Source: a virus
Taxonomy: Duplodnaviria > Caudoviricetes
Strand: one strand, 5' to 3'
Length of the DNA: 63,287 nt
Virus record (IMG/VR): IMGVR_UViG_3300042868_006184
Coordinates: 1 to 63,287 of that record
Positions 57,417 through 63,287 of this stretch are shown here, one piece after another (the stretch's first letter is position 1; every line of letters starts with the position of its first letter). Under the pieces are notes generated by a model. It saw only the letters and a list, made by a program, of their open reading frames with translations. It searched no databases and had not been told where the DNA came from. A program made the translations under genes and the position numbers.

Positions 57417-57970
57417 ACATTACGAGATTATTTATCTACTTGGTTCTAGCATTTATGCTATCATTAATTTATTCATGTAGCACTACAAAGCAATGTGAAA
57501 GAAACGTCAAAAAGGCTATTGCTTGTGGACTTATTAAGGATTCTATATCTTATAGGGTAACGACAAAAGATTCTTTGGTATTTATCAAAGGTGACAATAT
57601 AGAAACTCACGACACGTTGACAAAGTATGTTGAATGTCCAGATGGTAAGAAACCTATATTTCATGCTCATACATCTACTACGAGAAAAAATAATTCTACG
57701 TCTACTACAACTATTGATACTAATGGCAAAATAACTATTGAATGTGATTGTGCTGATTCTATATTGAAATTTCAAGCAATAATTACAGAAAAGGATAGAT
57801 TTATTTCAACAATTAACACTATAAATACAAAGCAATTAACACATTGGCAACGCTTTAAGAAGGATTTTAAATTATTTCTGTCATCTTTTGTTTTAGGGAT
57901 GTTATTCATGTTTCTACTGCCTTATATTTACAAGCTAACTAAACCACTAATAAAAACACTTTTTGTCTAA
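57413..57970 (+). CDS. Unimolecular spanin-like lipoprotein
   Basis: Signal peptide with lipobox LIYS-C, beta-rich middle, C-terminal TM. Confidence 0.65.
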   Translation: MNITRLFIYLVLAFMLSLIYSCSTTKQCERNVKKAIACGLIKDSISYRVTTKDSLVFIKGDNIETHDTLTKYVECPDGKKPIFHAHTSTTRKNNSTSTTTIDTNGKITIECDCADSILKFQAIITEKDRFISTINTINTKQLTHWQRFKKDFKLFLSSFVLGMLFMFLLPYIYKLTKPLIKTLFV

Positions 57971-57987
57971 AAATAACACACGAAACT

Positions 57988-58353
57988 ATGGAATTGAACG
58001 TAAGACCTATATCTGATTCACTAATTGCCTTTATAAGCAAATATTCATCAATAATAATTTTGTCGATTGTGGTAGCAGTAGTAGAGATGTACTATGCAAT
58101 AAAGAATGATGAAACATTGTCTTATACCTATGTGATTATGTTAGGTATGGCGAGTATATTTGTTGGTGTAGGTATTGGTTATTCGATAGGTCATAATTAT
58201 GGCTTAAACGCAGGATTATACGCTTGTGCTATTACTACTTATTGTGGTAAGGAGTTTATCATTTTAATGATTCAGAAAAGAACGGAGATTGTAGATAAAA
58301 TTGTAAGTTATATTCAAAAATTAGTAACTAAAAAAACTAAAATAAATGACTAA
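57988..58353 (+). CDS. Holin-like membrane protein
   Basis: About 3 TMs and a basic C-terminus. Confidence 0.55.
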   Translation: MELNVRPISDSLIAFISKYSSIIILSIVVAVVEMYYAIKNDETLSYTYVIMLGMASIFVGVGIGYSIGHNYGLNAGLYACAITTYCGKEFIILMIQKRTEIVDKIVSYIQKLVTKKTKIND

Positions 58354-58723
58354 CCTAACAAAGAAAAAATTTAGCAAATCTTTATATGTAACTGGTATTA
58401 TCTTAGCTTGTTTGTCTTCTTTTGTGGTAAGCAATGGAGTTCCTTTTCTACATGGTCAACAAGTCATTGTGTTAGGAGGTGTTATTGGCTTTTTTAGTGC
58501 TATCAATACGACATGGTATCAATACATAACAGAATCAATACCTAGAAAGGTAGCTATGTATTCTATTTTGATTGCGATAGTATCTTCTTTTGGTGCTTTG
58601 AATGAGTTTATATCTCTTATTCCATTAGACGAACCTACGAGCAAATCTTTGACGTGGCTTGTTTCTTTATTTGCTTTGATATTCCAAGTGTGGAGTAAGA
58701 TGAAGTATGTACCTAAAAAGTAG
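58346..58723 (+). CDS. Four-TM membrane protein (holin/antiholin-like)
   Basis: 4 hydrophobic segments; last gene of the + strand arm. Confidence 0.5.
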   Translation: MTNLTKKKFSKSLYVTGIILACLSSFVVSNGVPFLHGQQVIVLGGVIGFFSAINTTWYQYITESIPRKVAMYSILIAIVSSFGALNEFISLIPLDEPTSKSLTWLVSLFALIFQVWSKMKYVPKK

Positions 58724-58726
58724 GGT

Positions 58727-58747
58727 ATACGCTACTTTATAGCGTGG
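58727..58747. terminator. Hairpin at the convergence point of the two arms
   Basis: ACGCTA-CTTTA-TAGCGT between convergent genes; no clear U tract. Confidence 0.35.
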
Positions 58748-58756
58748 ATTAGGTAG

Positions 58757-59170
58757 TTATATGCCATTAATCAAATCAGCAACTTTTTTCCAATCCTCAG
58801 TTGATGCTATGCTTTTGTTTTTATATAATTCACGCAAACCATTTAAAGCATTATTTACCCTGTCTTTTTTAGAATTAGAAGATGTTTTTATTTCTATTGG
58901 CAATCTATCTGTTAAATCCCATTCTATTGAAGTTCGACCCGTAATACTACATTTCCTATTTCCAACTTCATAAATAACTCCAAGATTTCTTAATTCAGTA
59001 AATCTTGTGGCTTCTTGTTTCTCAACATTCATAGTCGAATATACCTCTCTTGCTGTTGATGGCTTACCCATTTTTAATAAAGATGTATAAACTGCTAATC
59101 TTTGTTTTGAAAGCAACCCCTCTGCTTTTATTTGATTATAACACTCAATTGATGTTTGTCTTGTATTCAC
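58757..59170 (-). CDS. Winged-helix phage protein
   Basis: TSIECYNQI...TAREV...RFTELRNLGVI...RKCSITGR. Confidence 0.7.
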   Translation of the reverse strand: MNTRQTSIECYNQIKAEGLLSKQRLAVYTSLLKMGKPSTAREVYSTMNVEKQEATRFTELRNLGVIYEVGNRKCSITGRTSIEWDLTDRLPIEIKTSSNSKKDRVNNALNGLRELYKNKSIASTEDWKKVADLINGI

Positions 59171-59189
59171 TTATTTAAGTTTTAGATTG

Positions 59190-59648
59190 TTATATATGCC
59201 TTTCATTATAATCGTTCCAGTAATCAGCCAATAAATTATTTGTCCTATTGTTTTCAACCATATCAATCATTTTATCTCTCGCATTGATTATAGTGCTATG
59301 GTCTAAAGAAAATAATTTTGAAATATCTGTCAAAGACAAGAATCCATCTTTTTTCTCTCTAGTCTTATTGTCATAGCGTTTATGGTTAAATTCAATCCAA
59401 ATCATATAGATAGCAACATATCTAGGATATAGAAATTTATGCCTTCTAGTTCGCCCTTTAATATCGTTTTTTTGAATTTTAAACTTAGCACATACGCTTT
59501 CAATGATTCCTTCTGGAGTGCAAGTAAATTCGTTTATTATTTTATTCTTGCGACAAAACTCTATCCATTCAACATTGATTTCATTTAGTTCTTTACGCTT
59601 TAACTCTATTAGGTCAAGATAGTATTGTTTTTGTTCGTTTATGGTCAT
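59190..59648 (-). CDS. DnaA domain IV (Bac_DnaA_C)-like HTH protein
   Basis: IIESVC..F.I...DIKGRTR...PRYVAIY...SLTDISKLFSLDHSTIINA. Confidence 0.8.
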   Translation of the reverse strand: MTINEQKQYYLDLIELKRKELNEINVEWIEFCRKNKIINEFTCTPEGIIESVCAKFKIQKNDIKGRTRRHKFLYPRYVAIYMIWIEFNHKRYDNKTREKKDGFLSLTDISKLFSLDHSTIINARDKMIDMVENNRTNNLLADYWNDYNERHI

Positions 59649-59651
59649 GTG

Positions 59652-59957
59652 CTATGAGTTGTTTAAGTTTAACTCCCAAATATGATTAGGAGTATCGTAT
59701 ATTCCGTTTCTTTTCTTTTCTGTCATAACTAGGTGGTTATCCTTTGTTAATTGCGTCATAGCTCTTCTAATTGACGTTATTGGTACTTTAGGGTATAATT
59801 TACTATATTCGGTATTTACGTCAAAAGGTGTCATTCCCTTTCTTTTGTTTTGCAGAAAAATAAGATAGACTTTCTCCTCTTGTGCTTTAGCGTTTCTTTG
59901 TGCTTCTACTAATTTTTTTCCTCGTAGCGAAATTGTGTTGAAGAATGATTTTAACAT
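59652..59957 (-). CDS. Winged-helix phage protein
   Basis: TPFDV...PITSIRRAMTQLTKDNHL...GIYDTPNHIW. Confidence 0.65.
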   Translation of the reverse strand: MLKSFFNTISLRGKKLVEAQRNAKAQEEKVYLIFLQNKRKGMTPFDVNTEYSKLYPKVPITSIRRAMTQLTKDNHLVMTEKKRNGIYDTPNHIWELNLNNS

Positions 59958-59980
59958 TTTTATTTAATTTAATTTATTGA

Positions 59981-61084
59981 TTAATAAGTTTCTAATGTGT
60001 ACTTGTATTCGTTTGATAGATTTTTATGGAGTGTATTGATGAATGCTCCAGCAAGGTTTATATCCCTAAATTTTTTTGCACCTTTACGCTCTGTTGTCAT
60101 TCCAAAGTCTTTCTTTTCTTTGTAAAAGCAAACCTTTACATTTTCAATTTGTGCGGTTATTATATACTTTTTTTTCATCTCTATTGATTTTAATTGATTT
60201 AATAATTGATTAGTCCCATTAGACGTTTCGCTTCTAATACTCTGGCGAGATGGTCGTAATGTGTACGAGGTCTGCTTATATAGTCCAATTCTTGAATACT
60301 AGCCTTGTAGGTAGGTTCTTTTACCTCTTTAAGACTTCTATACTTCAAAGGTGGCATACAAGCCTGTGCTTTTCTTTCTGTTGATTCTTTTGGGTTTACG
60401 AATGTTATGTAGTTCATAATTTTATCTAGCTAAAAGTTGAATAATTAAAAAGTCCAATCTATCGTACTCTAAAGTTACATCGTACATTATACCATCCTTT
60501 ACTACTTTGGTAATATCTAATGTATTTTTGTCGCTATGTTGATTTACTACCTTGTTTAATCTTTGGTAGTTTAATTCTGTAAGGAAAATTGTAATTGAGT
60601 TCATAATTATTTATTATTATTTGGGTTAAAAAACGGGTTTAATACTTGTTGGAAAATTGGGTGCATATTGCTTTCTGCATACTTAGTGGTATCCATTTCC
60701 ACTACTTCACTTAATTGGAAATCTACTATTTGCGTTCCAAATTCTGCAAATATAGTCTTGATGGTTACTCTAGTACCTACTACTTCAACCAATTCTAGCC
60801 ATTGGTCGTTTAGGTTTCTGTAATTTGATTTTGTTTTTATTTTTACTCGCATGATTAATTATTTATTTGTGATTAATAGTTTGTTATAGGTTGTTTTGTA
60901 ATTGAAATAATAACGAACCAGAAATATGTTCACCATTTTCATCCCAAATGTCGCTAGTTCTGTCTTTATCTTTTTTACCTAATCTTTTAAAAGCATCTTC
61001 AAATGAGTGTGCTTTCTTTTTTTGAATACCAAAACCCCAAATGGTTGCGTGTTGAATTGTAAATTCTTTTAATTTATTTTTCAT
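59981..61084 (-). CDS. Run of five small early hypothetical genes (59981-60178, 60199-60417, 60422-60604, 60607-60852, 60884-61084)
   Basis: Tightly packed 60-81 aa ORFs downstream of the repeated early promoter. Confidence 0.6.
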
Positions 61085-61198
61085 CTTGATTTAATTTATC
61101 CCATCGCTGAACTGCTTTGGTAACACAAAGATAAATAAACTTATATTGTAATTGCAAATATATTTTACATTATTTCATAACTAATTGATTTTCAACGA
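61085..61198 (-). promoter_or_regulatory. Second internal copy of the early promoter/leader
   Basis: On the minus strand: AATCAATTAGTTA...TATCTTTG-TGTTACCAAAGCAGTTCAGCGATGGG, homologous to the terminal repeat. Confidence 0.75.
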
Positions 61199-61211
61199 GA
61201 ATAATTTACAT

Positions 61212-61463
61212 TCATTGTGTATATTCAATAGATTTATGACGAATAAATAACCTCTCAATTGGCTCTTCTAATACCAAAGCTATATCAAATGCAAATGCTA
61301 AACTCATGTTTTGTCGCTTATTAGCAATAAAATTGCTTAAATAACTCCTTCCAATACCTGTTCTATCTGCTAATTCTTGTACAATGATTCCTTTCTCTTT
61401 CATTACTGATTTAAGATTGTTACCATACATCTTTGGTAGTGTTTTCTTTACTTTCTTTACCAT
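61212..61463 (-). CDS. XRE/Cro-C1 HTH regulator
   Basis: LKSVMKEKGI..QELADRTGIGRSYLS...IALVL..PIERLF. Confidence 0.88.
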   Translation of the reverse strand: MVKKVKKTLPKMYGNNLKSVMKEKGIIVQELADRTGIGRSYLSNFIANKRQNMSLAFAFDIALVLEEPIERLFIRHKSIEYTQ

Positions 61464-61479
61464 TTCTTTACTCTTTATA

Positions 61480-62118
61480 TTATTTCTTTACTAATTTCAT
61501 TACTGGGTTGCCTACATAAACACCTTTTTCTATTATATTCTTTACAACTACTCCTCCCATGCCTATTGTTACATCATTACAAATGTCTATTCCTTGTTTT
61601 ATTGAAGAGTTTGTTCCTAAGTAAACACAATCACCAATATTCGCATTACCACTTACATTACTCGCTGGTGCTGTTGTAAAGTAATCACCTATAATGCAAT
61701 CATGTCCTATTGTAGTGTTTAAATTTAGGTGAGCGTGTTTACCAATTGTTATATTGCAAGTTAAAATGGTATTAGCAGTAATAATAGAACCTTCACCAAT
61801 CTTTACCCATTTAGACATAATAACGCTTGGATGAATGATAGTGTTGTATGTGGTATTACTAGGAAGGCTATTTACGATTGTTTTTCGTTGTAATGGTTCA
61901 CCTATTGCAATTACGCAAGTATTTGTCAATGGATTAAACAATGATTGTTTAATTACTTCAATGCCCATTATTGTATTTTCTTTGTAATGGTTATCAGAAA
62001 CCATGAAACAAGCAATATCCTCAATTCTATTATTTGTTTTTTCAATCATGTCTATTATACAACATAATACTTCTCTTCCAAATCCTCCTGTACCAAATAT
62101 GCAAATTTTCTTTCTCAT
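61480..62118 (-). CDS. NeuD/PglD-family sugar acetyltransferase
   Basis: IFGTGGFGREV, AIGEP..R, IHPS, hexapeptide repeats, IGHD, VGNP. Confidence 0.92.
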   Translation of the reverse strand: MRKKICIFGTGGFGREVLCCIIDMIEKTNNRIEDIACFMVSDNHYKENTIMGIEVIKQSLFNPLTNTCVIAIGEPLQRKTIVNSLPSNTTYNTIIHPSVIMSKWVKIGEGSIITANTILTCNITIGKHAHLNLNTTIGHDCIIGDYFTTAPASNVSGNANIGDCVYLGTNSSIKQGIDICNDVTIGMGGVVVKNIIEKGVYVGNPVMKLVKK

Positions 62119-62123
62119 TATAA

Positions 62124-62372
62124 TTAATTTAATGATTTTATTACATCCTTAATGGTTTTATACAATAAGTAAGGGAATATTGCCCAACTAAATACAATAA
62201 TTGTAATACAATAAACTCCTAACACAAAATACATTAATTTCTTATTCTTAAATAAATAAGCGTATTCTGGAACAAGTCTGTCAAGTAATGGTAGCATATT
62301 GAAGTAATCATTTGCATAATATAATAAGCAAAGGAATGATGCAATAATCCAGTATTCTAATAATAATGTCAT
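62124..62372 (-). CDS. Two-TM membrane protein
   Basis: Hydrophobic segments. Confidence 0.55.
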   Translation of the reverse strand: MTLLLEYWIIASFLCLLYYANDYFNMLPLLDRLVPEYAYLFKNKKLMYFVLGVYCITIIVFSWAIFPYLLYKTIKDVIKSLN

Positions 62373-62391
62373 AATGTTTGTTTTTTATTGG

Positions 62392-62892
62392 TTAATTAAT
62401 TAAATTAGTAAGATAGTTAAATAGTTCTTTATATCTGGCATCATATAATTTGTTTACAAATCCATTCATTTCTTTCTCATACATTTCAGCCATTCTACTT
62501 CCTTGTTGTTTTGAGTATTCATAATTTGCAATTCTATCGCAGACTTTTACAAATGTTGCAAATGGTGTTTGTTTAATACCTTCATAGTATTTATCATTTG
62601 CTCTTTCCTTTCTCGTCATGCCTTTTTCATTTGTGAGTGCATAAGCCAATTCAGCGACAGATTCATTTGTTTTTTCCTTTACGTCATTATAGGTTTGTCT
62701 GCAATCTTCAATAACATCATGCACCCAACAGGAAGCCAATACATTTTCCTGCATATCTTTCGGTATTAAGTGAATAAATTTTTTAGCTGTATCAAATACC
62801 ATTTGTAAGTGTGTGTCGTAAGGTTTGCCATCATATTTATGTGCCGTTATATTATGGCAATTAATAGCATATTCTTTTGCTTTTCCAATCAT
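62392..62892 (-). CDS. HD-domain (SpoT/Mesh1-like small alarmone hydrolase) protein
   Basis: H...YDGKPY..H, HDVIED, LT, VKVCDRIAN. Confidence 0.85.
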   Translation of the reverse strand: MIGKAKEYAINCHNITAHKYDGKPYDTHLQMVFDTAKKFIHLIPKDMQENVLASCWVHDVIEDCRQTYNDVKEKTNESVAELAYALTNEKGMTRKERANDKYYEGIKQTPFATFVKVCDRIANYEYSKQQGSRMAEMYEKEMNGFVNKLYDARYKELFNYLTNLIN

Positions 62893-62978
62893 AATTATTT
62901 ATTTAGTTGTTAAAAAATTGGAGTTTTAAGGATGCTCCACCCCTGCTTTATTAAATATACGCAATTACTTGTTTCATT

Positions 62979-63164
62979 TTATAATTCTTGTTTAATTTTA
63001 GTTTTATTCATATAAGTTGCCCAATTACTAATCCCTTCAACTGTAATACATTTAAAAGTAACTTTACTTGATTCATAATGTATTTCATCAATAGTTTGTA
63101 ATACTCTAAATTTTTTACTTTTTAATTTTTCACCTACTTTAAAATCTATTGCTATCTTTGTCAT
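62979..63164 (-). CDS. Small early hypothetical protein
   Basis: Starts at the inner edge of the terminal repeat. Confidence 0.65.
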   Translation of the reverse strand: MTKIAIDFKVGEKLKSKKFRVLQTIDEIHYESSKVTFKCITVEGISNWATYMNKTKIKQEL

Positions 63165-63287
63165 AATTATTTAATTTACCCATTGCGTAATTGCTTTGGT
63201 GATACAAAGATATAAACTTTTTCTTTAATTGCAACTTTCCTGCGAATATATTTTGCATTAATATCTTAACTTATTGATAATCAATAG
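63161..63287 (-). repeat. Right terminal inverted repeat
   Basis: Exact reverse complement of 1-127. Confidence 0.97.

Noticed and set aside
1-63287. CRISPR array, DGR/retron, IS element or integrase
   Set aside because: No regularly spaced repeats, reverse transcriptase, transposase or recombinase motifs seen

Overview
AT-rich window that looks like most or all of a virus genome. Its host is probably a Bacteroidota, judging by repeated TAnnTTTG -7 promoter elements and the absence of Shine-Dalgarno sequences. The ends are a perfect 127-bp inverted repeat whose inner edge falls at the start codons of the two terminal genes, so both arms are transcribed inward. I found no terminase, portal, HK97 capsid, tail, DNA polymerase or integrase. 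Instead there is an FtsK/HerA (A32/P9-like) ATPase, two paralogous beta-rich candidate single jelly-roll capsid proteins, about 15 small membrane-anchored proteins, three fibre/spike proteins and a lysis set (2x GH19, M15, u-spanin-like, holin-like). This points to a large tailless, probably membrane-containing virus. It also carries a tailed-phage-style early module (RecT, exonuclease, MTases, VRR-NUC) and a 20-kb block of giant polyvalent/DarB-like proteins. The two most unusual signals are protein motifs. (1) A [MFY]xxGGx[IVLM] motif occurs 23 times and separates the domains of two effector polyproteins, one of which ends in a Cys-His protease-like domain. (2) A [YF]SNAxG motif is shared by the capsid candidate and at least 8 other structural proteins that lie next to an HExxH metalloprotease. 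All functional calls come from motif recognition by eye; no searches were run.
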